Source: Deltaproteobacteria bacterium
GTDB taxonomy: Bacteria; Myxococcota_A; Polyangia; Polyangiales; Houyiibacteriaceae
NCBI GenBank assembly: GCA_034670305.1
Contig: JAXMNT010000062.1
Location: 1 to 40,141, forward strand
DNA: 40,141 bases
Direction of reading: 5' to 3'
Shown: in pieces, positions 26,806 to 36,668 of the stretch
Position numbering within the stretch: position 1 is the stretch's first letter
Layout of the letters: every line of letters starts with the position of its first letter
Made by a program: the position numbers and the translations under genes
Notes under the pieces: model-generated
Databases searched by the model: none
The model's input: the letters and a program-made list of their open reading frames with translations, nothing else
Told to the model about the DNA's origin: nothing

Positions 26806-27579
26806 ATGTTGATCGCCCTCGCCGTCTTCCTCGCCGCCTACACCGCCAGCATGCTGATGATCACGGTGTTCTACCACCGGGCGTTGGCGCACCGGGCGGT
26901 GGTCCTCAGCCCCCGGATGCAGCGGTTCGTGTTTCGGATGGGCAACTGGGTGACCGGCATGGACCCGCTGGCGTGGGTCTGCATGCACCGGTCGCATCAC
27001 GTGCACTCGGACACGCCGGAGGATCCACACAGCCCCGTCCACGTCGGCGTCATCGGGGTCGGCATGGCGCAGCTGCGCGCCTACGAGAAGACCCTGGTCG
27101 GCCTGGCGCGCGGCAAAGAGAAGTACACCTCGCTGGTCAAGGACCTCGACGGCACCGTCCACTGGACCAACCGCAAGGGCTACTGGTGGCTGCCCCACAC
27201 GGTGCACCTGGTGCTCGCCATCACGCTCGGCTTCCTCACGACGCCCCTCATCGGCGCTGCGTACCTCGCGGGCATCCTCAGCCACCCGGCCCAGGGCTGG
27301 GCGGTCAACGCGCTCGCCCACACCTTCGGGCGCCGCAACTTCGACATCGACGACAACAGCCGGAACAACTGGTGGGTCGCGCTGCTGGTGTTCGGCGAGG
27401 GCCTGCAGAACAACCACCACCGCTACCCGGCCTCGGCGCGTTTCAGCGTGCGCTGGCATGAGCCGGAGCTCGGCTGGGTCTTCGTGCGGCTCTTCCATGT
27501 GCTCGGAATCTTGAAGATCCGAGACGAGTCCCTGGCCCCGGTCGGCCTGCCCGAACCCGCCGCCGCTGCCGCCGAGTAA
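26806..27579 (+). CDS. Membrane fatty-acid (acyl-CoA) desaturase, delta-9 type
   Basis: His boxes YHRALAH, HRSHH...DPHSP and GEGLQNNHH. AAGGA RBS before ATG 26806. Confidence 0.92.
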   Translation: MLIALAVFLAAYTASMLMITVFYHRALAHRAVVLSPRMQRFVFRMGNWVTGMDPLAWVCMHRSHHVHSDTPEDPHSPVHVGVIGVGMAQLRAYEKTLVGLARGKEKYTSLVKDLDGTVHWTNRKGYWWLPHTVHLVLAITLGFLTTPLIGAAYLAGILSHPAQGWAVNALAHTFGRRNFDIDDNSRNNWWVALLVFGEGLQNNHHRYPASARFSVRWHEPELGWVFVRLFHVLGILKIRDESLAPVGLPEPAAAAAE

Positions 27580-27725
27580 GGCTTCCTTCTCGCGAAGAGC
27601 CTGGTTCACTTCGCGAGAGCCTCCAGGGCAGCCGCCCGCGAGACGGCCCCAAGTTTCAGGTTTCCTAAGGTTCGCCTGGGATCCGGCCGCCTTGCCACGT
27701 GGTATCCTCCCGGCTGGGTGGACCG

Positions 27726-29375
27726 ATGAATACACGACGAATCTGGTCGAGCGCGGTCGCCGCACTCGCAATGCTCGCGGCCCTGGGCTGCTCGGGAGAG
27801 ATCACCGACCCGACCGCCATGGATCCGGACCGGCCGCCCCCCGAGGCGCTGCCCTTCGAGGCGCACGAGGCCGGCATGCAGCGGCTCACCGTCGCCCAGT
27901 ACGGCAACTCCATCATCGATGTGCTCGGTGCGGGCATCACGGTGCCGACCGATCTGGAGCCGGACACCGCGCTCAATGGGTTCGTCTCGATTGGCGCCAG
28001 CCGCACGACCATCTCGCCGACCGGCGTGAACAAGTACGAGACGGCCGCCTACGAGATCGCCGAACAAGCGCTCGCGCCCGAACGCCGTGGCGCGCTCGTG
28101 CCCTGCACCCCGACCGGCGTGGTCGATGCGACCTGCGCGGACATGTTCGTGCGGACCCTTGGCCGCCGCCTCTTCCGCCGCGCGCTCACCGACGCCGAAG
28201 CCGGACGCTACGTCGCAGTCGCGGGCGAAGCCGCCTCCACCCTCGGCGACTTCCACGTCGGCCTCGAGTTCGCGCTCGCGGGGCTGCTGCAGTCCCCACA
28301 CTTCTTGTTCCGCGTCGAGATCGGTGAACCGACCGACGATCCCGAACACCGCCGCTACTCGAACCACGAGATGGCCTCGCGGCTGAGCTACGTGCTCTGG
28401 AACACCACCCCGGACGAGGTGCTTCTCGCCGCCGCCGAGCGCGGCGAGCTCCTGGACGACACCGGCCTTCAGACCCAGGTCGACCGCTTGCTCGCATCCG
28501 ACCGCTCCCGCGAAGCGGTGCGCAACTTCTTCGACGAGCTCTTCGTGCTTCAGCGGATCCTCGACGAAGTGGACGTCGAGAAGAACGGCATCCTCTTCCC
28601 GAACTTCGACCAGAGCTTCCGGGCGTCCGCTCGCGAAGAGACCCTGGCCCTGCTCGACCACCACGTCTTCGAGGTCGACGGCGACTACCGCGAACTCTTC
28701 ACGACCCACACGACCTTCCTCAACGCGGCCCTCGCGGAGCACTACGACGTGGCGCTGAGCGGCGAGACCCCCGGCTTCGAACAGGTCTCGCTGCCGCCCG
28801 AGAACGGCCGCCGTGGCCTGCTCGGTCACGCGAGCATCCTGAGCATCTACGCCCACGACGAGAAGACCTCCGCTGCGATCCGTGGCCGCTTCGTCCGCCA
28901 GGTCTTGCTCTGCGGCAACATCCCCGACCCGCCCCCGGAGGTCAGCACCACCTTCCCGCCGAGCGACGCGCGCACGCTCCGCGAACGGGTCGAACAGCAT
29001 CTGATGAACGACGGCTGCGCGAACTGTCACGCCCGCATGGATCCGATCGGTTTGGCGCTCGAGAACTTCGACGCCGCCGGCGAATGGCGCGACACCGAGA
29101 ACGGCGCGACCATCGACCCGAGCGGGGTGCTCGACGGAGTCGCATTCAGCGACGCGGCCGACCTCGGACGCGCCATCGCCGAACACCCGAACGTCTCGGC
29201 CTGCCTGACGCGGAGCATGTACCGCTACGCGACCGGACACGTGGAGACGGCGCGGGAAGAGATCGAGATCCTGGACCTCACCGAGAGTCTGCAAACCGAA
29301 GGGCACCGCGTCCGCGCGCTGCTCGGACACGTGGTGATGAGCCGAGGTTTCCGTGAAGCCGGGGAGCAACTCTGA
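27726..29375 (+). CDS. DUF1592/DUF1588/DUF1595-family lipoprotein with CxxCH motif
   Basis: Lipobox ALGC. RLTVAQYGNSI, LQSPHFLFRVE, EMASRLSYVLW, RRGLLGHAS, CANCHARMDPIGLALENFD. Confidence 0.9.
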   Translation: MNTRRIWSSAVAALAMLAALGCSGEITDPTAMDPDRPPPEALPFEAHEAGMQRLTVAQYGNSIIDVLGAGITVPTDLEPDTALNGFVSIGASRTTISPTGVNKYETAAYEIAEQALAPERRGALVPCTPTGVVDATCADMFVRTLGRRLFRRALTDAEAGRYVAVAGEAASTLGDFHVGLEFALAGLLQSPHFLFRVEIGEPTDDPEHRRYSNHEMASRLSYVLWNTTPDEVLLAAAERGELLDDTGLQTQVDRLLASDRSREAVRNFFDELFVLQRILDEVDVEKNGILFPNFDQSFRASAREETLALLDHHVFEVDGDYRELFTTHTTFLNAALAEHYDVALSGETPGFEQVSLPPENGRRGLLGHASILSIYAHDEKTSAAIRGRFVRQVLLCGNIPDPPPEVSTTFPPSDARTLRERVEQHLMNDGCANCHARMDPIGLALENFDAAGEWRDTENGATIDPSGVLDGVAFSDAADLGRAIAEHPNVSACLTRSMYRYATGHVETAREEIEILDLTESLQTEGHRVRALLGHVVMSRGFREAGEQL

Positions 29376-30775
29376 TGGCCAAACCTAAGAAACCCATCGT
29401 GCAGAAGAAATTCCGCCCGAGCACCAAACGCCGGCTCTCCCGCCGCAACATCCTGCGCGGGATGGCGGGTGGTTCCGCGATCGCACTGGGCCTTCCGCTC
29501 TTCGACTACCTGCTCGACGGCAACGGCAGCGCGCTCGCCGACGGCGGTCCGATTCCGCGGCGCTTCGGTGTCTTCTTCTGGGGCAACGGCGTCATCCCGA
29601 GCCGCTGGATCCCGGGCACCACCGGCGCCGGCTTTGCGCTCAGCGAACAGCTCATGCCGCTCGCGCCGGTGAAGCAGTGGCTCAGTGTGATCTCGGGCAT
29701 GAACATCCGCACCGGCAACGAACGCGGACACCACGCGGGCACGGTCGGCATCCTCTCGGGCTCGCCGATGATCTCGCAGACACCGACCGGCGGCGCGGGC
29801 TACGCGTCCACCTTCAGCGCGCCTTCGATCGATCAGGTCATCGCCGCGGCGATCGCGGGCGACACCCTCTTCCCCTCGATCGAGTACGGCGTGCACGACG
29901 GCGCACCGGGCAGCGAAGGCACCACCCTGAAGTACCTCTCGCACAACGGCCCGGACAACGTGAACCCGCCGGAGTACTCGCCGCGCGCGCTCTTCGACAT
30001 GGTCTTCGGCGACTCCTTCACGCCGCCCGGCGAAGCGCCTATGGCGGACCCGCGACTCGGCCTGCGTCGCAGCGTGCTCGACGCCGTGCTCGCCGACGGC
30101 GCCTCGCTCAAAGCGCGGCTCGGCATGAAGGACCAGACGCGGCTCGAGCAGCACCTCGAAGGCATCCGCACCCTGGAGATGCGCCTCGCGCGTCTCGAAG
30201 AAGTCACCCCGCCGCCCTACCTCGCTGGCTGCGAGCGACCGGCCGCGCCCGGCGATCCGGGCGACGACCTGCGCGAACGCAACCGCCTGATGGCCGACAT
30301 CATCGCCATGGCGATGGCGTGCGATCAGACCCGCGTGTTCTCGAACCTCTTCAGCGGGAGCGTGAGCAACACCCGCTACCCCGGCACCTCGGGTGGCCAC
30401 CACTCGCAGACCCACGACGAGGGCGAACCCTGGTCGGACGTCCACGCCGCGACGATGTACATCATGCAGTGCTTCAGCGACCTGCTTCAGGCCTTCAGCG
30501 CCATCGAAGAAGGCGACGCCACCCTGCTCGACCACGTCGCGATTCTCGGCTCGACCGATCTCTCGTTCGACCACAGTCCGAACAACTTCCCGATCCTCGT
30601 CGGCGGCCGCGCCTGCGGCGATCTGCGAGGCGACTTTCATTACCGTTCGCCGAGCGGGGAGAACACCTCGAAGGTGCTGCTCTCGCTCATCCGCGCGTGC
30701 GGCGTGGCCCGCGCCGACTTCGGCAACGGCGGCGGCTACGTCACCGAGTCCTGTACCGAGATCGAAACCGCGTAG
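29375..30775 (+). CDS. DUF1552-family protein
   Basis: LSRRNILRG leader, GLPLFD, RRFGVFFWGNG, SIDQVIA, SVLDAV, ACDQTRV, HHSQTH. The usual partner of DUF1592. Confidence 0.9.
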   Translation: MAKPKKPIVQKKFRPSTKRRLSRRNILRGMAGGSAIALGLPLFDYLLDGNGSALADGGPIPRRFGVFFWGNGVIPSRWIPGTTGAGFALSEQLMPLAPVKQWLSVISGMNIRTGNERGHHAGTVGILSGSPMISQTPTGGAGYASTFSAPSIDQVIAAAIAGDTLFPSIEYGVHDGAPGSEGTTLKYLSHNGPDNVNPPEYSPRALFDMVFGDSFTPPGEAPMADPRLGLRRSVLDAVLADGASLKARLGMKDQTRLEQHLEGIRTLEMRLARLEEVTPPPYLAGCERPAAPGDPGDDLRERNRLMADIIAMAMACDQTRVFSNLFSGSVSNTRYPGTSGGHHSQTHDEGEPWSDVHAATMYIMQCFSDLLQAFSAIEEGDATLLDHVAILGSTDLSFDHSPNNFPILVGGRACGDLRGDFHYRSPSGENTSKVLLSLIRACGVARADFGNGGGYVTESCTEIETA

Positions 30776-30906
30776 CCAACGTGGCTGGCGTTCGTCGACG
30801 TCCGCGAGCATTCCTCGACGTCCGCCCGTCCCTCAGTCCGTAGTACCGTCGACGCGAATGAAGCCCCGGGCGACTCGGGGTCGTACACGACAGAAAGAGG
30901 CTCGAG

Positions 30907-31533
30907 TTGATCATCTGTGCCCACCGAGGGGGAGCGGCGCTCGCCGAAGAGAACACGCGTGCTGCGTTCGAAGCGGCTCGTGACTGCGGGTGTCCCTGGA
31001 TCGAAACCGACGTCCGCGTCACCGCCGACGGAGTCGCGGTGTTGCACCACGATCCCAAGATCGACGGCACGGACATCTTCGGGATCGAGTCCGGCGACCT
31101 GCCCGAGACCGTGCTTTCCCTGGACGCACTGCTGACGGACTTCGGCGAAGCGTTCCACTTCGACATCGAACTCAAGACCCGGCACGGGTTCGATCCCGCG
31201 GTCGCGCTCATCAAGAAGCACGGGCTCGAAGACCGGGTCCTGTTGACGTCGTTCGACCACCGAGCGCTTGCACACTCCATCCGGAGAAACCGGCACCTGG
31301 CTCACGGCGCCCTCGTCGCGTCGCGCCCGCGTTCGGTCGCCTCACTGCTCTACGGCTTGCCCGGTCTCGCGTGGATCGCCCCGCACTGGGAGCGGCTCGA
31401 CCGCGATCTGATCGAAGAAGCGCACGCCCTCGGCCTGAAGGTCGCGACCTGGACCGTGCCTCAAGACGAGGTCGAGCGCCTGCGCTCGCAGGTGGACGCG
31501 CTCATCGTCGACGACCCCCGCCCACTCCTCTGA
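30907..31533 (+). CDS. Glycerophosphodiester phosphodiesterase
   Basis: AHRGG, EENT, IETDVRVTADG...HHD, IELK, TSFD, WTV. TTG start. Confidence 0.9.
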   Translation: MIICAHRGGAALAEENTRAAFEAARDCGCPWIETDVRVTADGVAVLHHDPKIDGTDIFGIESGDLPETVLSLDALLTDFGEAFHFDIELKTRHGFDPAVALIKKHGLEDRVLLTSFDHRALAHSIRRNRHLAHGALVASRPRSVASLLYGLPGLAWIAPHWERLDRDLIEEAHALGLKVATWTVPQDEVERLRSQVDALIVDDPRPLL

Positions 31534-31540
31534 CCCGTGT

Positions 31541-31804
31541 TCAGCGATAGGGCGGAGGCTTGGGCGCCTTGAGCACGGTCGCGCCATCGAGTTTGGAAGC
31601 GGCGAGTGCCGCCACGTCTTGGACGTACCACTCCACGAGTCCGCACCCGAGACACGCGTAGGCTTCCATCAAGCCGGCGACTTTGTTCGTCAACATGCCC
31701 GGCCGTGCGCCAAGCGAGAACCGGTCGAAGTCGGTGTCCCTCGGTTCGGGAACGTGCAGGATCTCTCCGTGCTGGCACTTCGGACAACGGTGTGATCGCT
31801 TCAT
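31541..31804 (-). CDS. Small zinc-ribbon protein
   Basis: CPKC...ACLGCGLVEWY. Confidence 0.78.
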   Translation of the reverse strand: MKRSHRCPKCQHGEILHVPEPRDTDFDRFSLGARPGMLTNKVAGLMEAYACLGCGLVEWYVQDVAALAASKLDGATVLKAPKPPPYR

Positions 31805-31840
31805 GGCCGAGCCATACCACGCAGAAGGACGCGCCGGCGG

Positions 31841-32950
31841 TTACCAGCGGTCGGGGCAGACGCCGGCGGCGGGGTAGTCGTAGAGGTTGCAGTCCTGGTC
31901 GATGCCGTCGCCGCAGATCTCTTCGGCCCGCGGGGAGATGTTCGGGTCCTGGTCGTTGCAGTCGCCCTCGAACGCGGTGACTCCGTCGCCGTCGTTGTCC
32001 GAGTCGACGCAGAAGCACGGATCCGGGATGGGGTTGTCTCGCCCGTCGCAGTCGGTGTCCCTCCCGTCGCAACACGCGTCCGCGGCCATGGGATGGATTT
32101 CGGGGTCTTGATCGTGGCAATCGACGCGTTCGTCGAAGCCATCTCCGTCTCGATCGTTGCTCGCCCAGACCACCGCGCCCGCGTCGAGGTCGCAGTCCGC
32201 GTCCGGTCCGCACCCGGTGTGACCGTGCGCCAGAAGCCGCGCGTCGAACGCGGTGGACCCGAGCCGGCGGATCGCGCCGAAGTCGTAGAGCACCAGCATG
32301 TCCGCCCCGTCGTAGACCTCGAGCGCGAAGTACGGCGCACCGTCCGAATCGACGCACACCGACTCGCCACGTCGCACCCGCGGGCCGAGCGGCGCCGACA
32401 AGAGCCCACCGATCGACCCACTCCACGCGTGGAACACCAGAACCGGGGCGCAGCGCTCGGCCGGGCCGCAGCGTGGGATGGCGCTCAACAGGAGCTCCGC
32501 TCCGTGGTGCTGGACCTCGACCGCACCCACCGGCACCTGGAGCGCCCCTGCGAGGTCCGCCCCCACACCGTCCACCAACATCGTACAGGTACAGTCCGCG
32601 CCGCCCTCGGAGAGACACCGCTCGGTGGCGAGGTGGAGCTGCACACCGATGCCCTGCGTGTCGGGCCGCTCCTCGTATCCGACCACGAACGCCCGGAAGC
32701 TCGGTCCGTCGCACACGCCGAGGTGCGGCATGCCGGGACTCTCCCGGGTGCTCACCCGGACCGAACGCCGCGGTTCGATGCACCGGTCCGGCCCGAGGAA
32801 CGTGGCGTCGGTTCCGAGCGCATCCGCACCAACATCGAACAGGATGCCTCCGTCGCGGGGTGCCGCCTCGTCGATGCCGTGGACCCGAAAGCATCCGGAG
32901 GCCAGAGCGGACGCCCCGAGAAACAGGGCCAGAGCGTGCCAGGTGCGCAT
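31841..32950 (-). CDS. Lipoprotein with C-terminal 'putative metal-binding motif' (MopE-related) repeats
   Basis: Lipobox ASGC. DRDGDGF...DCHDQDPEIHP...CDGRDTDCDG and DNDGDG...DCNDQDPNISPRAEEICGDGIDQDCN. ATG at 32950. Confidence 0.85.
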   Translation of the reverse strand: MRTWHALALFLGASALASGCFRVHGIDEAAPRDGGILFDVGADALGTDATFLGPDRCIEPRRSVRVSTRESPGMPHLGVCDGPSFRAFVVGYEERPDTQGIGVQLHLATERCLSEGGADCTCTMLVDGVGADLAGALQVPVGAVEVQHHGAELLLSAIPRCGPAERCAPVLVFHAWSGSIGGLLSAPLGPRVRRGESVCVDSDGAPYFALEVYDGADMLVLYDFGAIRRLGSTAFDARLLAHGHTGCGPDADCDLDAGAVVWASNDRDGDGFDERVDCHDQDPEIHPMAADACCDGRDTDCDGRDNPIPDPCFCVDSDNDGDGVTAFEGDCNDQDPNISPRAEEICGDGIDQDCNLYDYPAAGVCPDRW

Positions 32951-33100
32951 CGAGGGAGTCTCGAAGCAACCGCCATGCCGGCGCAAGCACGCGCCCGCTT
33001 GAACTCCGCCCTTCTGCGTGGGATTCAGTCAGCGCTCGGACGGCGTGTGCGACGCGGCTGCATCTTGCAGCGGCTTTGAAATGCGAGTCCGGTGAGCAGC

Positions 33101-34573
33101 ATGGAGCACTACACCGATTGGCTTTCGCTGGTCCTGCGATGGATCCACTTCATCGCCGGCGCCGCGTGGATTGGCACCTCGTTCTACTTCAACTGGCTGA
33201 ACAACAACGTTCGCCCCCCCGAAGAGAAGGAGGAAGGGGTTGGCGGCGAGGTCTGGTCCATTCACGGCGGCCACTTCTACCGCGTGGTCAAATACGCCGT
33301 CGCGCCGCCAAAGCTCCCGAAGGTGCTGCACTGGTTCAAGTGGGAGGCGTACCTCACGTGGATCAGCGGGTTCAGCCTGCTCTGCGTCGTCTACTACCTG
33401 AACGCACCGACCTACATGGTCGATCCGTCCGCGACCTTCCTCTCGCCGATCGCTGCCGCGACCGGGCTCTCCTACGCCGCGCTGACGGTGATCCTCGGCA
33501 TCGCGACGCTCGCGATCGGCTGGACCGTCTACCACTACATGTGCAAGTCGCCGCTCTCGAAGCAGCCGGCGCTCTTCGCGCTCCTCGGCTTCGCGATGTT
33601 GGTCGGGCTCGCCTTCGCGCTCACCCGGACGTTCGGCAGCCGCGCCGCCTACATCCACGTCGGCGCGCTCATCGGCACGATCATGGCGGCCAACGTCTTC
33701 TTCGTGATCATCCCGAACCAGCGGGTGATGGTCGACGCGATGGTGGCCGGAAAAGAGATGACCGACGAGCTCGCGAACATGGGCCTCGAAGGATCGCTCC
33801 GCTCCCGGCACAACAACTACTTCACGTTGCCCGTGCTCTTCATCATGGTGAGCAACCACTACCCGATGACCTACGGGCACGCGTGGAACTGGGCGATCCT
33901 CGCCGCCATCTCGCTCGTCGGCGCCGGCGTGCGGCACTGGTTCAACCTGCGCGGCATGGGCCAAAAGAACGTGTGGATCCTTCCTGCGGCCGCGGTCGCG
34001 ATGGTCGCGCTCGCGTTCGTGACGACCCCGAAGACGCTCGCCGATCACCGCCCGGTGACCTTCGAAGAAGTGCGCGCGATCTTCGATACGCGCTGCGTCA
34101 CCTGCCACTCCGGCTCGCCGACGCACGAAGCGTTTGCGACCGCGCCCCAGGGCATCCAGTTCGACACGCCTCAGCAGATGGTCGCGATGGCGACCCGCAT
34201 CAACAGCGTGGTCGTCGTCGCGCAGACGATGCCGCTCGGCAACATGACCGGCATGACGCCGGAGGAGCGCGACATCGTGGGCGCGTGGATCTTTCAGGGG
34301 GCGAGTGTGGACGTGACGACGGCGGCGGCTGGGGAAGCGGAAGCCGAAGCGGAAGCGGACGCCGAAGCCGAAGCCGAAGCCGAAGCCGAAGCCGAAGCCG
34401 AAGCCGAAGCCGAAGCCGAAGCCGAAGCCGATCCCGAAGCCGATCCCGAAGCCGATCCCGAAGCCGACTCCGAAGCCGATCCCGAATCCGATCCCGAATC
34501 CGAATCCGACTCCGAAGCCGATCCCGAAGCCGACTCCGAAGCCGAGGCCCAACCTGCGCGTGGGTCGCTGTGA
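33101..34573 (+). CDS. puuD: Membrane urate hydroxylase with cytochrome c domain, plus an acidic repeat tail
   Basis: [78 protein letters not shown]. Adjacent to allantoinase. Confidence 0.93.
   Translation: MEHYTDWLSLVLRWIHFIAGAAWIGTSFYFNWLNNNVRPPEEKEEGVGGEVWSIHGGHFYRVVKYAVAPPKLPKVLHWFKWEAYLTWISGFSLLCVVYYLNAPTYMVDPSATFLSPIAAATGLSYAALTVILGIATLAIGWTVYHYMCKSPLSKQPALFALLGFAMLVGLAFALTRTFGSRAAYIHVGALIGTIMAANVFFVIIPNQRVMVDAMVAGKEMTDELANMGLEGSLRSRHNNYFTLPVLFIMVSNHYPMTYGHAWNWAILAAISLVGAGVRHWFNLRGMGQKNVWILPAAAVAMVALAFVTTPKTLADHRPVTFEEVRAIFDTRCVTCHSGSPTHEAFATAPQGIQFDTPQQMVAMATRINSVVVVAQTMPLGNMTGMTPEERDIVGAWIFQGASVDVTTAAAGEAEAEAEADAEAEAEAEAEAEAEAEAEAEAEADPEADPEADPEADSEADPESDPESESDSEADPEADSEAEAQPARGSL
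34334..34549 (+). repeat. Hexamer array (GAAGCC/GATCCC/GACTCC)n inside the puuD 3' end
   Basis: 216 nt, about 72 aa of EA/DP/DS. Confidence 0.95.
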
Positions 34574-35895
34574 GCTGGCGCGGAATCTCCGGGCGGCAGG
34601 TGGTCACGCCGGCTGGCGTGGAGGATGTCGCGGTGTGCTGGCATGAGGGGACCTTCGTCGCGGTGCAGGACGAAGCGCCGCCGGAGGCCACCGTCGAAGA
34701 CGTCGGGGATCTCTGGGTGCTGCCGGGGCTCGTCGACTGCCATGTGCACTTGAACGAACCGGGCCGCACCGAGTGGGAAGGGTTCGACACCGCGACGCGC
34801 GCGGCGGCCGGCGGCGGCATCACGACGGTGGTCGACATGCCGCTCAACTGCATCCCGGTGACGACCTCGCTCGACGCGCTGCACCGAAAGTTCGAAGCCA
34901 CCGAAGGCCAGCTCCACGTGGACGTCGGGTTCTGGGGCGGCGTCGTGCCCGGCAACGAAGACGAGCTCGCCAAACTCGCGGAAGCGGGCGTGCTCGGCGC
35001 CAAGGCGTTCCTCTGCCACTCCGGCATCGACGACTTCCCGAACAGCACCCGCGAAGACCTCGCGCGGGCCATGCCCATCCTGCGCGACGCTGGCATTCCC
35101 TTGCTCGCCCACGCCGAACTCGACCTCGGCGGACCGAGCTGCGACAGCGGCGCGCGCACCCACGCGGCCTGGCTCGAGAGCCGGCCGTGCAGCTGGGAAG
35201 ACGAAGCGATCAAGCTGCTCATCGAGCTGTGCCGCGAGAACCGCTGCCCGGTGCACATCGTGCACCTGTCGAGCGCGAGCGCGGTGCCGATGCTGCGTGC
35301 CGCCCGCGAGGAGGGATTGCCCATCACGGTCGAGACCTGCCCGCACTACTTGTGCATCACCGCCGAGCAGATCCCGGAGGGCGGTACCGAGTTCAAGTGC
35401 GCGCCGCCCATTCGCGACGCTCAGAACCGCAACCAACTCTGGGACGCGCTCTTCGAAGGCGTCATCGACTTCGTGATCAGCGACCACTCCCCGTGCACGC
35501 CGAACCTCAAAGCCGACGGAGACTTCGGCGACGCGTGGGGCGGCGTGTCCTCGCTCTCGCTCGGGCTCGCGAGCATCTGGACCGAAGGCCGCACCCGGGG
35601 CGCCGACAGCCGGCAGATCGCCGAGTGGCTCAGCGCCGCACCCGCGCGGTTCGCCGGCGTCTCGGGCCGCAAGGGATCGATCGAAGTCGGCAAACACGCA
35701 GACTTCGTGCTCTTCGATCCGGACGCGAAGTTCGTCGTCGACGTGGAGCGGCTGCGGTTCCGAAACAAGATCAGCCCCTACCTCGGCCGCGAACTCACCG
35801 GCGTCGTGAAACGCACCGTGCTCCGGGGACAGACCGTCTACGACGGCACCAACGTGCACACGGGCCACGGCGACAAGTTGCTGTACCGGGACTGA
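34570..35895 (+). CDS. allB: Allantoinase (amidohydrolase family)
   Basis: [64 protein letters not shown] at 34570 overlaps the puuD stop. Confidence 0.95.
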   Translation: MSWRGISGRQVVTPAGVEDVAVCWHEGTFVAVQDEAPPEATVEDVGDLWVLPGLVDCHVHLNEPGRTEWEGFDTATRAAAGGGITTVVDMPLNCIPVTTSLDALHRKFEATEGQLHVDVGFWGGVVPGNEDELAKLAEAGVLGAKAFLCHSGIDDFPNSTREDLARAMPILRDAGIPLLAHAELDLGGPSCDSGARTHAAWLESRPCSWEDEAIKLLIELCRENRCPVHIVHLSSASAVPMLRAAREEGLPITVETCPHYLCITAEQIPEGGTEFKCAPPIRDAQNRNQLWDALFEGVIDFVISDHSPCTPNLKADGDFGDAWGGVSSLSLGLASIWTEGRTRGADSRQIAEWLSAAPARFAGVSGRKGSIEVGKHADFVLFDPDAKFVVDVERLRFRNKISPYLGRELTGVVKRTVLRGQTVYDGTNVHTGHGDKLLYRD

Positions 35896-35924
35896 GGCGC
35901 GGGCGAGCCAGCCGGCGAGCCCGC

Positions 35925-36152
35925 CCCTTGCCCTTGCCCTTGCCCTTGCCCCTGCCCTTGCGAAGCCGAAGGCGAGCCCCGAGCCCGAGCCCGACGCACC
36001 GAAGCCGACCCCGAAGCCGAAGCCGACCCCGATCCCGACCCCGAAGCCGAAGCCGAAGCCGAAGCCGAAGCCGAGCCCGAAGCCGAGCCCGAAGCCGAAG
36101 CCGAGCCCGAAGCCGAACCCGAAGCGGAAGCCGACCCCGAAGCCGACCCCGT
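35925..36152 (+). repeat. Composite hexamer array: (CCCTTG)n then (GAAGCC)n
   Basis: Same architecture as the reverse complement of 16395-16646. Lies between convergent allB and ABM genes. Confidence 0.93.
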
Positions 36153-36159
36153 TCCAGGC

Positions 36160-36600
36160 TCAGTTCCGCGGCCGGACTTGCGCGTCGAAGTAGGTGCTGT
36201 CGGGCGGGCCGGCCATCATGGGGCCGAGCACGGCGAAGCTCTCGCGGAGCAGGTCGGAGTTCTGGTAGGCCTCGAAGTCGGCGGCGCTCGCCCACTCCTC
36301 GTAGAGCAGGAAGCGGTTGGGGTCCTGAGGATCGCGGAACAGCTCGAACCGTTGGCAGCCCGGCAGCGCGCGGGTCTGCTCCGCCTCTCGGGTGAGGTGC
36401 GCGACGAACGCATCCGTGGACGCAGGCTGCACACGGACAGCGACACGAACGACAATCATGGAATCGGTCCTTTGCGGCGAAGCGGCGGGGGCCGACTCGC
36501 TGGCCGTCTCGGAGGACGGCTCGGTGGGGGTGGTGGTGGTGCTGGGCTGGCCGCATGCGGCCAAGAGAACGCCCGCGGCGAACATCGTGAATCGGTTCAT
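36160..36600 (-). CDS. ABM-family (putative quinol monooxygenase) protein with lipoprotein signal
   Basis: LLAAC lipobox and Thr/Ser linker. [31 protein letters not shown] at 36600. Confidence 0.85.
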   Translation of the reverse strand: MNRFTMFAAGVLLAACGQPSTTTTPTEPSSETASESAPAASPQRTDSMIVVRVAVRVQPASTDAFVAHLTREAEQTRALPGCQRFELFRDPQDPNRFLLYEEWASAADFEAYQNSDLLRESFAVLGPMMAGPPDSTYFDAQVRPRN

Positions 36601-36626
36601 GCTGATTTGATAAACGAGGTTTCCTA

Positions 36627-36649
36627 AATGGTCAACCACGTTGACCATT
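36627..36649. promoter_or_regulatory. Probable MarR operator
   Basis: Perfect inverted repeat AATGGTCAAC-CAC-GTTGACCATT in the AT-rich gap between the divergent ABM and MarR genes. Confidence 0.8.
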
Positions 36650-36668
36650 GGAGTGATACAACCTGGAC

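Noticed and set aside
27589-27617. Hairpin CTCGCGAAG...CTTCGCGAG after the desaturase as a terminator
   Set aside because: It has an 11-nt loop and no U-tract. Plausible, but too weak to call.
32473-35895. 1140-aa ORF suggesting a large allantoinase fusion
   Set aside because: The region upstream of 34570 is an off-frame reading of puuD. allB has its own GTG start overlapping the puuD stop.
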